A stretch of DNA of 64,000 bases, taken from Vicugna vicugna (lineage: Eukaryota). How positions within the stretch are numbered: the stretch's first letter is position 1; every line of letters starts with the position of its first letter. Location of the stretch: the NCBI GenBank assembly GCA_013265495.1, contig MU061579.1, positions 7,044,124-7,108,123 of the forward strand. The letters are read 5' to 3'. Shown piece by piece: positions 12,651-26,479 of this stretch. The notes under the pieces are model-generated. The model worked only from the letters and a program-made list of their open reading frames with translations, searched no databases and was not told where the DNA came from. A program made the translations under genes and the position numbers.

Positions 12651-15202
12651 GAAGAATGAAAGGAAATCTTAGCTATGGCGATCAGATTTGCATCTTAAAA
12701 AGACGCCGCTGCCTGCAGTGTAGTGAACAGATTAGAAGAAGCAAGTACGGTAGCAAGGGGCTAATTAGGGAAGCCCCCGAGTGACACAGGCACGCGTACA
12801 CTCAGGCTCCCTCCCATATGGTGGTTGCTGAAATCCCGCCGACAGAAACAGAGCCAGCTTGGCTTTTTCACTCAGGCACACTGTTTGTTTGTGGCCAGGT
12901 GTCCTGCCCCGAAGGAAGTTGGTATCCAGCTGCACCTGGGTCCGGTTCCTTTATGTGGCGAGCTCAGACTCCAGCACAGACTCAACACAGATGCTCAGTG
13001 GCGCCTGGCTTGCAGCTTCTCTGCCTCTAAGAACTCCTGGTACCTTCTCTCCATCTCCAAGTTCATTCAGCCTTGACAGTCAGAGGTCCTGCCTTTGTGA
13101 AGGGCTCAGTTCTTCCTTACCAGCACACTGTGACTGTTAGGGCTGTCCAGCAGCTGAAGATCCAGCACACAGAGGCTTCAGGTCTGAGCTGTTAGTCGTC
13201 TTTATGAGGCTTTGGATGAAGCCTCATCCTACCTCATACTGTTGGATCCTCTTTCTTTCTGGTGATCGTGTGTGACACTAGGACCAGCCAGTTCTGCCTG
13301 GGCTCGATTTAGGACCTGATTTTCCCAGAAATGTCTATCTTAGTCATGCTGCCATACAGCCTAGTCAGATTTGTCAGGACCAAGAGAAAAATTGCAGGTG
13401 ACCTAAAGTCATCAGCGTTTGCCATTTTTCTAGTAAAAGTGTTGCCGTGCATGGTGTGGACCTCAAGAGGAGTTTTTTTTTTTTCTTGCACCCCATGCAT
13501 CTGGGGACAGTCATTCTAAGTAGAGCAAGAATTGCCAGATCTAAAAGTATTTACTTACTACTGGTAGACAATATCTGACCTAGGCTGAGGTTTAAGACTC
13601 CTCCCTGCTTACTTTCTCCTGAGATGAGCATTCTGGTAACAGGACGCAACTACTAAAATATAGTTGAATGAGTGCTGTCTTCACTTCTGTGTTGACCTTG
13701 AAAGTTATGTCCATAGCACAATAATGTCCTGTTCAGAGCTTTCTGGACCTGCTTTGTGTTCTTTTGAATATTTTCAGTGGTGGCAGATATAAGAATAGAT
13801 TGTGATTATTTTCAAAGAGTTAAAGGTCTTTTCAAAGCCATATCTTACAAACATAAAGGCCAGGGAAGTTAAAGAAATGTCATTTTAATAAAAACAAACT
13901 CCCAGCTATAAAGTGATGAGAGTTTTTTCAACACAAAATGAGGTAATTCCTACAGAGGAAGTGCCCTGAGCAATAGCAGAATCATTGGAATGAGTGCGTA
14001 GCCTCCCATCCTAATAACCTGAACAGCCTTCGTTTCAATAGTGTGTTTGTTTTAAAAGCAAAATCAGACGTATTGTCTCTGCAGTTGCATTTTCGTTTTG
14101 CATTCAGTTAATGTCATGTGGCAAAGGAAAATTGAGAAGGAAAATATTTTGGAAAATATAAGCCTCTGAAGAAAGAAATGGCCATTATGAACTGAAATTT
14201 GACCTTTTTTGTTTTGTTTTGGTAAAGTGTAAGGTTATTATTTGTTTCTTACAGGTTGCTTTATTGATTGTTCAGGAATCTTGGTATTTCAATGATTATG
14301 TCTAATTTCAAGCAGCAAAATTTGTTAGGGCATTTAATTGCTGGCTTTTTGTTTTCAGACCAATTCAGCACTTTTTAATAAGCATGATAAATTTGCTTCC
14401 CTAAGAATATTTTTAAACAAGTTGGATGGTTTTAAGCAAAAAAAGATCAAATCAAATTACTTTCCTGAGCTTTTATACTTAATGATGAAATAAGTAAAGG
14501 CACAGAAGATGTGCTGTCAACAAGGTGGTATTCCAATAAATAGTAAATTAGAGTCCAGTGTCTGCAGTGCCTGGACATTAGGCCAAAAGCTTAAGCTTAA
14601 TTTTTTAAAGTACGTAATAAATCTTGTCTCATTGAGCACTTTGGGTTCCAACTGCTTCTTGCCAGTTATTGATCATGTGGACAGAGGCGTCTATTTGCCC
14701 GTAATGGTGTTTTGTGTTGCATAAGCTAGATGTTTCATCTATTTATTTCATCTTTATCTTCACAGTTGCTTGATTTTATTTTTCATCATTTTCCGCTCAT
14801 AAAGACATTTGAGAAAGAACAATATAAGGGAGAAAAGCTGGAAGTAAGAGAATATTTAAACAAAGCTACTAAAGCAAGGGGACATGGGTTATAAAGGCCT
14901 GGATAAAGGCAGTGGTGGCCAAACTTTAAGGAAATGACAGATGCACGGACTATTATAAAAGACTCCCATAGGTGGCAAATAGATCATGTGACGCTTAGGC
15001 TTCTGTTTAAAAATATAAATGAAAGCCTTGTTTTGACTTTTACCCTGGTCATTCGATCCACATATATTTAGTTAGATCTTAGTGCTTAGCTCTTAGTATA
15101 CTAGGTGCTTGACTTAAACATATTCTGTTCTTGCACTCAATTCTGTGAGTAGGAGATGTAAGACCTGTAGAAAATCACAGTACAAGCTAGAAGTGCAAAG
15201 TC

Positions 15203-18200
15203 TCATTGAGTTATAATTCAGTTCACATATCATAAAATTTGCCCATTTAAAGTGTACAGTTCAGTGGTTTTTAGTGTATTCACAGTTGTATAAGCATTAC
15301 AAAGTCAATTTTAGAACATTTCCATCACCCAAAAAAGAAATTCTGTCCCCTTTGGCTGTCACTCCCTAATTGTCCTATTCTGCTCTCTCCCAGCCCTAGC
15401 CAACCATTCATCTACTTTTTGACTCTGTAGATTTGCCTAATGTAGACATTTCATATACATGGAATCGTACAACCGGTGGTCTTTTGTAACCAGCTTCTTT
15501 CACCTAGGATAGTGTTTTCAAGGCTTAGCCATGTTATATTATGTATCAGTACTTCATTACTTTTTATTGCCAGAAACTACTCCATTGGGTGGCTGTATAC
15601 CACATTTTATGTATCCATTGATCACTTGATGAACACTTGTATTGTTTCCACTTTTGGGCTATTATGAATAATGAATGCTGTTATGAACATTCATGTACAA
15701 GTTTTTGTCTAGACATAGGTTTTCATCTCTCTTGGGTGTATACCTAGGAGAATTGCTGGATCATGGAGTAACTGTCATACTATTTTATATTCCCTCCAGC
15801 TGTGTATGAAGTTTCCAGTTTCTCCACATCCTTATCAACACTTCTTGTTGTCTTTTTGATTATAGCCATCCTAGTAGGTGTGAAGTGTTAATTTCATTGT
15901 AGTTTTGATTTGCAATCCCCTGATGACTAATGATACTATCTTTTCATGTGTCTATTGGCAATCTGTATATATTCTGTGAAGAAATGGCTACTCACTTCTT
16001 TTGTCCATTTTTAATTGGGTTGTCTTATTTGTTGTAGGAGTTTCTTATGTATCCTAGATACAAATATATTGTCAAATATGATTTGCAAATATTTTCTTCC
16101 ATTCTGAGGGTGCTCTCTTCCCTTACTTGACAGTGTCTTTTGAAGCATAAACTTTTTTAATTTGAAGAAGTCCAATTTATCTTTTTTGGGGGTTACTTTT
16201 TCTTTCCTGTAATATCTAAGAAACCGTTGTCAAATTCAAGGTCACAAAGATGTTTTCTATAAAACTACAGTTTTAACTCTTAATTTATGTCTGTGATCTA
16301 TTTCTACTTTTTATATATGACATGTGGTAAAGGATTAAACTTTGTTCTTTTGCATGTAGATGTCCAGTTGCCTCAATACTATTTGTTCATTCTTCATTGA
16401 ATTATTTTGGCACCCTTCTTGAAATCAGTTGACCATAAATGTGAGAACTTATTTAAGGGTTTTCAGTTACATTCCATTGAGTATACTTAATGCCAGTATC
16501 ACACTGTCTTAATTATTGCAGGTTTGTAATAGGTTTGAAACCTGGAAGTGTGAGTCCTCCAACTTTGTTCTCCTTTTACAAGATTATTGTGGCTATTCTG
16601 GATCTCTTGAATTTCTGTATGAATTTTAGGAGCAGCTTTCCGTAAATAAGCCAGCTGGGAGTTTTGTACTGATTGCATTGAATCTGTAGATTAATTTGGG
16701 TAGTATTGCTATCTTAACAATATTTAGTCTCCTAATCCATTTATATGGGATGTCTTTCAATGATATTTAGTAATTTTCAGAGTATAAATTTTGCATTTCC
16801 TTTGTTAAATTTATCCCTAAGCTTTTTATTCTTTCTGATGCTTTTTAAAATGGACTTTTACAATCTTAGATTGCTCATCGCTAGCACATAGAACAATTGG
16901 GTTTTATATATTGATCTTGTATCCTAAAACCTTGCACTACTCATTGGTTCCAACAGTTTAGTGGTTTCTTTAGGGTATTCAATATTCAAGATTATGTCGT
17001 CTATGAATAAAGGTAGATCTGCTTCTTTCTTTCCTATATCAATGCATTTTATTTCTTTTTCTTGCCAAGTTGCCCTGGCTGGAATATCCAGTATGGTGTT
17101 GAATAAAGATGATGAAGGTGGATATCTTTCTCTTGCTCCTAATCTTAGGAGGAAAGCTTTGTCTTAAGTATGGTGTTAGATGTAGTTTTTTCATCCATGA
17201 CTTTCATTCAAGTTGAGAAAATTAATTTCTATTCCTGGTTTGTTCAGTGTTTTGTTTTGTTTTGTTTTTTTATCATGAAGGGGTGTTGGATTTTGTCAGA
17301 TGTTTATTTCCATGTCTGTTGAGATTGCCCATGAGGCTTCTGCCCTTTATTAATACATAGTGTCCTCCATTACTGGATTTTCTGACGCTAAACCAATCCT
17401 GCCTTCCTGGGATTCATCCTTCTCAGCTGTGTTGTATAATCCTTTTAATATGCTGCTGTGTTAGGGGTTTTGGTATTTTTGTTGAGAATGTTTATTTTCA
17501 TAAGAGATAATACTTTGTATTTTTCATGATACTTTTGTCTGGCTTTGGTACCAGGATCACACTGGTCTCATTAATTTGGGCGGTATTCTCTTATAATTTT
17601 TGAAGACTAGATAATTGGTATTAATTCTTTTTTAAATATTTGGTAGAATTCACCAGTGCATCATCTGGCCCTAGGCTTTTCTTTTTGTGTTACTATTTAG
17701 TCTCTCAACTTATTAAAAATGTCTTCACATTTTCTATTTTGTCTTGAGTCAATTTATTTAACTTATCTCTCTAGGAATTTTTTTATTTCATCTAAGTAAT
17801 CTAACTCATTAGCATACAGTTGGCCATAGTATTCTCTAATAATCCTTTTATTTCTGTAAATTCAGTAATAATGGCCTCTCATTCACCTTTGATTCTAGGA
17901 AATAGACTCTTTTTTTCTTTTTTTCATTTTGTTGATCTCTTCAAAGAACCAACTTTTAGTTTCATTGGTACTCTGTTTCATTAATTTCCATTGTAATACA
18001 GTATTTCCTTCCTTCTGCTTGCTCTGAATTGTTCTCCTTTCCCTGTTGCCTCAAATTACTGAACTCTTTCTCCATTTTTAATATAGGCTTTTACAGCTCT
18101 AAATTCCCTCTAAAAACTATTTACCTACATCCCATAAGTGGTGATGTGTTGAGAAGAATGTTGTTGGGTAGATTGTCCTATAGGCATGTTAGAGCTAGTT

Positions 18201-19110
18201 GGCTTATAGTATCGCTACAGTTTTCTAGTTTTTTGTTCATCTTCTTCCTAGTTGTTCCCACTATTGAATGAGATATTTCAGTCTCCAACTATTATAGTTG
18301 AATTATCAATTTCTTGTCAGTTTGTGCTTCATGTATTTTAAGGCTTTATTGTGCATAGCATATACATTTGTAATTGTTACATCTTCTTGATAGATTGACC
18401 TTTTTATCATGATAAAATATCCTTCTTCATCTCTAATTATATTATTTTAAAACTTCTTTTGTCTGGTAGTATAGCCACATGAGTTTTCTTATGGTTGCTG
18501 TTTGCATAATAAATCTTTTTCCATCCTTTTAACCTATTTGAATCGAAAATGTGTCTCCTGTAGAAGCACATAGTTGAATCTTGTTTTTATCCAGTCTGAT
18601 AATCTCTGTCTTTGGATTATTTAAACCATTCACACTAAATGGTACTATTGACGTAGTGGATTTACATCTGCCATTTTACTTTTTTTTCCCTCTGTCTCAT
18701 GTCCTTTGTGTTTCTCTATTCCTCTTGTACTTTCTTGCTTTATATTAAATAAATATTTTCTGTCATAACATTTTAATTTGTATAATGATTTTTTCACTAT
18801 ATTTTTGAGTTAGTTTCTTTGTAGTTATTTTAAGGCATCTACATCTAAAGTTAGTACACATCATAAGTAGATTCTGTTAATTCCAGTGAGCTATAGAAAG
18901 AATACTCCCATATAGCTCTATTACTTTTTCTCCCTTTTTGTGCTATTGTTAAATATGCAACATCTAATTACAAATCCAAAGACATAATTATTACTTTATA
19001 TAACTTTATGTCACTTAAGATGTGAGAGGAATAGCAGGTATATATTTATAGCTTTTGTGATATTAACTATCATATTTACCATTTGTTTTTCATTCATTCT
19101 ATACCTTTCT
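15203..19110 (-). mobile_element. Old L1 (L1MB-like 3' end plus degraded, internally deleted ORF2)
   Basis: L1MB-type 3' end (ataaaatttgcccatttaaagtgtacagttcagtgg…) followed by about 3.5 kb of T-rich antisense L1 ORF2-like sequence. Confidence 0.85.
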
Positions 19111-19131
19111 TCAGATATTATAGTGTCAGCC

Positions 19132-19250
19132 AAAAGGATGGGGACCAAGTTCTGTGTATGGTTGGTTGTGCATGGCACAACTAAGGGTTGCCATTCACAT
19201 TGCAGTTGTTATTATGACAATTTATTGGCAGATGGCCAAAAATGTCTTTT
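19132..19250. mobile_element. MER91-like (hAT-Tip100) fragment
   Basis: gttgtgcatggcacaactaagggttgccattcacat…ggcagatggc resembles MER91. Confidence 0.5.
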
Positions 19251-19285
19251 TCTAGTTATTTCAGTACATGAGGCTCAGTAATTCA

Positions 19286-19462
19286 CAGTTCTGTCCAATT
19301 AAACTTTCTGTGATTGTGAAGTATTCTATTTCTATACTTTCCAATATGGGAGTCAGTAACCAGTGAGCACTGTTGAGCACTTCAACTAAAATTTTAATTT
19401 TAATTAATTTATATTTAGTTTTAAATAACTCCAGCTAAGGGCTCTCATATTCGAAAGTGAAG
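19286..19462 (+). mobile_element. MER3 (hAT-Charlie) DNA transposon fossil
   Basis: cagttctgtccaattaaactttctgtgat…ttgagcactt…attttaattttaattaattt matches the recalled MER3 consensus. Confidence 0.75.
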
Positions 19463-20600
19463 TTATAATCTGATGTCCCTCTCTCTTAATATTGTGATGA
19501 AACTTTGTAAGTTAGACTAAAGGGACGAACCTCAAAATCAGTCCTGATAGTTTCATATGTTATGAAATTCATGGACTGAGTCATAGCAATGTTTTTTTTT
19601 AAAGAAGCTGTTATATTTCTATCAGCCATCTAAAAATGCAGATAGACAAAAATCTTGTCCAGACACTCTTGTGCGGGGGCATTGGCCAAGAGATGGGAAA
19701 TACACGGAGTACTTAGGGCACAGGCAGTGGAGGACCCATGCAAACAGCCAGCAAGGGGGTTTGGGGGTGGTTCTTTTTTCTGCTTGTGAGAAACAGGAAA
19801 GGAAAAGAAGACATCTTCAAAGCTACAATTAGGAACATTTACCTTATGCAGATAGCAGTTGAGTAAAGGGAATGAAACTGCTCTCCATAGCAAATTTTTC
19901 AGAGTGTCCTTGTAAAAGTTTTTACAGACTCTCTCAATCTTCGCTCGTCGCCTTTGAAGTGAGGAGACAGAGGATCCCATTATCTTCACTTCTCAGGAAA
20001 GCATACTTTTTTGGTTTTCCATACGTGTTTTTCAGCTACGTGTTGATGAAAGCCAAGCTGCTTACAGATAAGATATAAGCAAAATGTCCCCATGGGATAA
20101 CAGGTTTCTCTTTTTAATTTGTTTTAAAGAAATGTCACTGTGTAACTCAGGGTCAGTACATGTGAATGCCCATTGCATTTTTCCCTTCTCATATTGAGAC
20201 ACACAGTAACATTAGACACTGTTACTTGTCTCAGATAACATAGTGATCATATCCCAGCTGCTCTGAAACTTCTGAAACCTTGCTCCTGTTTTAGTGTAAT
20301 GGACGCCTGCATTGCAAAGCCTCTGACATTTAATATTTTGTTTTCCCACGGCCCATGTCAGTAGTATAATTTCTTCTTTTGTTTCTGATTGTAACTTTCA
20401 TACCCAAACCATCCTGGGATTAAAAAGAATACCTTTTTAGATTGCTCTTAAAATATCATTTTCCCTCTCTAAGGGGAAACATACTGCAAAGAAAAAGGTT
20501 AAAGTCACGCTAGCTTAATATCGTGAATACGAGTAAAGCCTACAGGTAAATTGAATTTGCCACCAGGTGATTTAACACTGCCTCATCCTTTGGTCCCCAG

Positions 20601-20717
20601 GTTATAGATCTGTACTGGGGAATTGATGAAGATGAATGGGACAGCCCCGAGCTCCAGAAGACCCGCATGAAGCTGCTTGAGGATTGTTTGAAAACTTCTG
20701 CAGGTCCATGTTTTGTT
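20601..20717 (+). CDS. NWD2: NWD2 internal coding exon (probably exon 3), 117 nt
   Basis: Acceptor cctcatcctttggtccccAG ends at 20600; donor GTT|GTGGGT at 20718. Translates VIDLYWGIDEDEWDSPELQKTRMKLLEDCLKTSAGPCFV and continues the previous exon in frame (…GLEFQ|VIDLYWG…). Missing from the ORF track because it is short. Confidence 0.95.
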
Positions 20718-21624
20718 GTGGGTATAAAAAAACTAATGCTTTCTATTAAATTGTAGAGGAATATGAGAATTCTTGCTGATTCGTAATTTTTAGGGGGCTT
20801 TTTAAATGGGGAAAAAATTCTTGCTTTTTATATCTACTTAAAATTTTCGAACTGTTTCCTTGCCCTCAGTGTGTGAGAACAAAACCCTCCGCTTTCCATA
20901 AGAAACACTGAGAATTAACAGTGAATAATTTGAAATGGTAATCAGAGAGATGACTTGGGGCTGACGACAGTTTCCACGGCACCTTGTGATCAGCAGTACG
21001 GATGACTGGGTCAGCCCTACAGTAATTATTCTATTTTTCCTTCTCTTTTAAAATGTAGTGTTCCATCATAGTAGCTCTGTTTCTCAACACTAGAATTTCT
21101 GGCATTTTAAAAAAAACACAGTGGCTGAAACATTGTTAAACCAAATATACAATGTCAGATCGGCCAATAGGAATTGTTACTCGGTAGGGGAAAAAAAATT
21201 GTTTTTGCAGTGATTTTTTGGCCAGAGATACTCAAGTGGAACATTATTATTAGTTTATCGTTATTTTCTAAAGAACATCCACTCCTCTGTGTAAACACAG
21301 TGGTAGTAAGAGAAGTAGGTCACTCTATGGCAGGTGATGGTACAAAATCACTGCCTTAATTTAGCTGAAGAAAGAACCTTATCTTGAATCCAGACAGCTC
21401 CTAGCCATTGATAGGGAAGTTTGCCCCTTTCGACATAGGATGTTCTGAGGCTGACAGATGAGTATTAAAATTACTAGTAAAGAAAATAAATCATGTGATT
21501 AAAAGCTAGGTTCAGTGTTTCAGTAAAAGAGTTTTTAATATTAATTTGCATGTCCATCTATATAGTCAACTCCACATAGGATTTAAAGTATATAAATGCT
21601 CTATAATGTTTTTAGTATGTAGCC

Positions 21625-22240
21625 AAGTTATTCATTTATTCACCCATATTCACCCAGTACCTACTAGGAGAATGCTGTCCTGGGCCCAGGACTGCTCTTG
21701 GTGCTGGGGGTGCGGGAGGTTGACCTATGTGATATGGTCATGTTGTGGGCCAGTGTGTTATGATTTACCTTAGAATCTAAGGTAAATGAAATTACAGAGA
21801 GAGACTGTGTCATCCTTATGTGGGGCTAAGAGAACAGAGGAGGCAAAAGTCAAAGAAAAATGTAAAATAATAAGCCGGAGGGTGATAAATGATACAGAGG
21901 AGAGGAAATAGCACTGATGGGAGAAGGCCTCACTGATAAGGTGGCTGTAGAGGGGAGACAGGAAAGAGCTGAGTGAATATTGCAGCTGTGAGCTGTGAGA
22001 GGAAGTGGGACTTGGAAGCAGGTGGGTGAGAGGAGAGGTGAGTGTGGGAGTGGAGGCCGTATCATGGGGCTTTGTCATCTTGCAGTTGGTTATAGATTTG
22101 ACCTTGACATGAGAAGCCAGAGTGTGCTGAGCAGAGGACTGAAGAGATCTGGCTGCTGGGTGTAGGACAGAGGATACAGCATGAGGAGACCCAATGGAAA
22201 GCTAACACAATGTCCAAACAAGAAGAGTGCATCGTTTTAA
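21625..22240 (-). mobile_element. LINE-2 fragment
   Basis: ttcatttattcacccatattcac tail and purine-rich reverse-strand L2 body. Confidence 0.65.
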
Positions 22241-22289
22241 GGGGGTTGACGACAGGACATCTAAGAACAGTGTCCTGTGGTCTGAACAG

Positions 22290-22830
22290 AATGCATAAAG
22301 TCCTGAAAGCCATGTAGGTATCCAAAGAGCTAATGGTGGAAGAGGAATTAAGACTTTTTTCCCATGAGTCTTCAGAGGATAGAACTAGACCAGTGGATGG
22401 AAATTACAAGGAGACAGACTTTAGCTCCAGGTGAAGCAGTTCGAAGATGCAGCTTTCTCTCTGGTTTTGGGTCACATATCCCGGGGTCTCACTAACATTT
22501 CATAACTGTGGGATGTTAGAGCAATGTCTTTACTGTTCTAAGCCTTGGCTTCCTTATCTGTAAAACAGAGATGCTGATAATAGTTACCCACCTCCTGGGA
22601 TCTTTCTGGGGATGAAATGAAATTACAGAACACTTTTATAGTGTCTCACATATAATGACCCACGAAAAGTGTTGTTGTTTGTTGTAATCATTATTATTCT
22701 CTCTCCAAGCTGTCTAAATTGTAATGAGTGCATCACCAAAAACGTTGTCATCAAACTAGAAAATAAAACCACTCTGGCAGGGGTGCTTTAGAAGAGATTC
22801 AAACAATGGAAGACAAGATAGACTGGGTTC
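22290..22830 (+). mobile_element. CR1/L3 3' fragment interrupted by a MIR (about 22500-22690)
   Basis: gaggatagaactagaccagtggatggaaattacaaggagacagactttagctc is a CR1/L3-type 3' motif; MIR core (ttccttatctgtaaaacagagatg) lies inside. Confidence 0.55.
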
Positions 22831-25800
22831 CATCATGTTTAGAGGCATAAAGAGCTATGTGTGTGCCCTGGGGCATCTCTATTACTATGATCTCCACAGC
22901 TTTAAATAATCCATCTTCAGAAATTCAGGAATGAGGGAGACATTCTCCCCCTTTTATCACCCTGTAGAGTATCATACCCAAACTAGCTAAAATTAGTCAT
23001 GGCCATTCATTCCTATAATATGCTGGTATAGGAATGAATAATTTAAAGACTTTGCAAGTTCATGCAGGTTCTGAAAGTAAAGGTTAACTGTTAGAACATC
23101 AGTAGCAACTTCAGAGCGTAAACAAATCATTTATCCCTCCTTCTGCTTCCTGTTACACGTTGACACTCAAGGCAACCACGCTAAATCCCTGTGGATAGAG
23201 CCAGGATTATTCACCCTGGTGATCCTAAATCATGCAAGGTTTATTTCACTGCTTATGGGAAGAAGTACATCTCTTATGGCCTTTCCTGTTGTAACTATGG
23301 TAACAGTGGGCGCATATGTGTCGCTTTGGAGCTCAAGTTTCCTTACCCACTGCTCCCTTGTGATATTTCTAGAAGTCATGATGACCCCCGTGTGCTGCAA
23401 AGCATGGCATATTACTTCCCCTAATGCTGAAGTCTTTGGCAAGAACATTTGCCATTGCTAATGGAAAAAAAAGTTTGTATATCTTCAAAGCCTTCACAGA
23501 CATTAGCCCTTATGTCAGTTACCAATAAATTCAGGACCAAACAAAGCTTTCATTTTCAGCACCCAGGGAATTAAAGCCCAAAGGGAACTTGGACTTAAAT
23601 GTCGTATGCACTTGGTTCTTTTCAACTTCATTTCCTAAAAGTTGTCCTTTGGGATATGGCCCAAGGTCCTAGAGACATGCAGGCTATGCCTGCTGATCCC
23701 AGATTGTTGTTTGTACACATGCTTTTGGTCACTGGTTGGACAGAGGGGTAGAGTAAGGGGCCTGGACAGGTGTCCAGTTCCACTCTGAGGATTAACTTGG
23801 GAGACAGCACACTGAGAAGACAGCACCTCTACTGAGAAAGAAGAGCATTTGTAGATGTGCATGTACAGGAAGGCACAGACAGTGGGGAAAACCCAGAATT
23901 TTTATTTCATAGCCAGAGTTAGAGCCCTAGTTCTGACAGGGCAAGTCACTGAGCTCACCATGCTTTAATTCTCACATCCATAAGATGGGGAGGGGGAAAT
24001 AAGAGTAAAGAACAAGTAAATGTTGAATATATATCAAAGTTTTGTTATGGAAACCAAATGTGACGGTCTACATGAGAATTCTTTGTGAGCTATACAGGGC
24101 CACACAACCATTAGTTATTATTAAATTGTGATTTCAGTTATTTTCAAATAAGAATAAAATGTTTTTATTCATACTGGGCATGTATGTGATGTTGGAAATT
24201 TCCCTTTGAAAATGTTGATGAGAGTCTAAATGTAGAAAGTGTTAAGACTTGATTCAGACAGTCAAATATTAAAGAGTTTTTAAGTTCATTCTTAACATTG
24301 TAAAATGTACAGAGTATATATTAATTTGCTGAAATTTACTTAGTAAGACCTTTACCTGCTCCCAAGGAGGGATTTTGAACAGGACTGCAATTAACAGGAA
24401 GACAGCTCACAGTTGAGTCCAAAGTTGCCATATGTTTCTCCTTTTAAGTACAGAGAATTGCCTCAGCCCTCACAAAGTGTGGAAAAGTTTAGCAGCATCT
24501 TTTCCCACCAACCTGTCCCACCCACTTAGTCCATAAAAATCCTTATGAAGGAGGTGAGGAATATTGCCTGTGGGAGAGAGAGCAGAGTCTGCGTCCATGC
24601 TACCTATCCCATCCCGTCCCTCTTCGAGTGCTTGTTTATGGAGACAGGGGGGTTTCTTCTCATCCCTCCAAATTTGGAGTACCCCAAAAGAATTACTTGT
24701 GGAGTTTGGGCTTTGACTCAGACCTTGAGCAAAGGTCTGCCTCCTGGAAGAAGTTGATAAAGGCAATTACTCTACTGACTTGAAGACCTGGAGTTTGAAA
24801 AGCTGAGATAGCTTTAGGGATGCTGCCCCCCAATGTAAGGGTGCTCTGGGGGGTGCAGACAGTATCTCACTACATTCCCTCAATCCACATGTGGAGATTT
24901 GCTGAGGGAAAGGGATTGGCAGGACCTAGGAGAGCCAGGTCCAGGCACCCAATAGAAAGAGGACCAGTTATGATGGAGACCAGGTAAGAGGAGGTTCCAT
25001 GACTTCACATTCAGAGGGTGTTCCCCATCTCTTAGAATAAGGACAAAGGGAATCCTATCTGCGCCACTGTTCTGGGAATTGACAAAGCAATTAACAAGAG
25101 TCTCAGGAAGCCAAAGCCTGTGTAGCCATCCTCTCTGGGGCTACCAGATTGCACGGCATTGGACAGAGGAGCAGCCAAGGCCAAAAGAGTGAGACTCCTG
25201 CCATCATTCTTACCTGAGTGTTTAATCTGATGCTGAAGCAGCCTTCCCGCCCACCCCACAACATACACACACACTGCCAGCAGTGGCACAGATGGCTCGG
25301 GACAGAGAAGGAGCAGGCCATACTCTTGCCTACCACAGGGAAGGCAACCACTCCTGGCAGCCAATCTTAAAACCAGCATATACAAAGTGGAAAGAAGGAA
25401 GCTCAGAGATACATTTTGGGTTGGGCTGGATTTTAAAACCAGCAATGTGAAAACATAAGGAATTGGATTGAGAAATCTATTATTCAGCAAGTTTAAGTTT
25501 TTCAACTAGCCAGAAAAGACAAAGCCAAGTCCACGGATGTTATTGGTAAAGATCAAATCATTCCAAATTTGTACATCACTGATACTAGTGAATTAAACCT
25601 ACAGCATACTGATCAGTTCATCATCACCTGTGTCACCAAAGTTCCTTCAAAGTGAATTATGCCCACTTGATAGTTCAAGTTTAGTTTCTTTCTTTAAATA
25701 ACTTTATTTAAGAAATTCATACAATGAGAGTTCTTAAATCATTGAGTTTTAAGAAAATGTTAGTGTTTTTATAACAGTTTAGTTTTTGGAAACTAAATTC

Positions 25801-26479
25801 TATCTACATTTTATCTACATTTCACCTTTGATTTACCATTTTAGGTATACTAAATATTTTAGGCATAGTAAATAAAATACATGAAAAGTTTAAACAAGTG
25901 CTTAATCTTAACTTCTACTTTAATAAAATGTACAGGTTTTGTGTGATTTAATGATCAAATTTATATATACAGATTTACTAATCAAAATGTACTAAAATGG
26001 AAAAATAGTCATTGATTTGAACTGAAAAATCATCTAAATTAAGCAGTCTAGACATTAATTTTTTTAAAAAAAAGGACAATCTAATACCTCATATTTTCTA
26101 GATGTATTTTTCTTGCACAATCAAAAGAAAACATTCCTGATATGTAAAATTAAGCTTGTCCAGTTGAAATCAGCTAGACATCATAGTTCTAAGATGGGTT
26201 CCATAATAAATTGCTTGATTATCACCAAAAAAGTTAGAATAGGCAAACATTTAAAAATACTCTTGAGAAGGGAAAAAAAAAGCTAGTCATCTCATGGATA
26301 GAAGCCAAGAGAGAGCCATTTAGTTAATTACTGCTGTTTCTACAATAAATTTTTATTGATACATAAGCTATTTTTATGGTATAACCCACTATATTTTTGT
26401 GTGGTATAAAGAATTATGGAGAAAAAGTGAACTGGAGAGTAGTTAACCTCTTTATAACTTAATTGGTAAGAAAAAATTT

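Larger units (their letters stand above)
1852..20600 (+). other. NWD2: NWD2 intron (GT-AG, phase 0, 18,749 nt)
   Basis: Bounded by the two in-frame exons with canonical GT and AG ends. Confidence 0.9.

Noticed and set aside
13204..13227. Inverted repeat ATGAGGCTT…AAGCCTCAT
   Set aside because: A 9-bp stem is expected by chance in 64 kb.
25032..25505. 157-aa minus-strand ORF
   Set aside because: Non-ATG start, no recognisable domain and no processed-pseudogene hallmarks.
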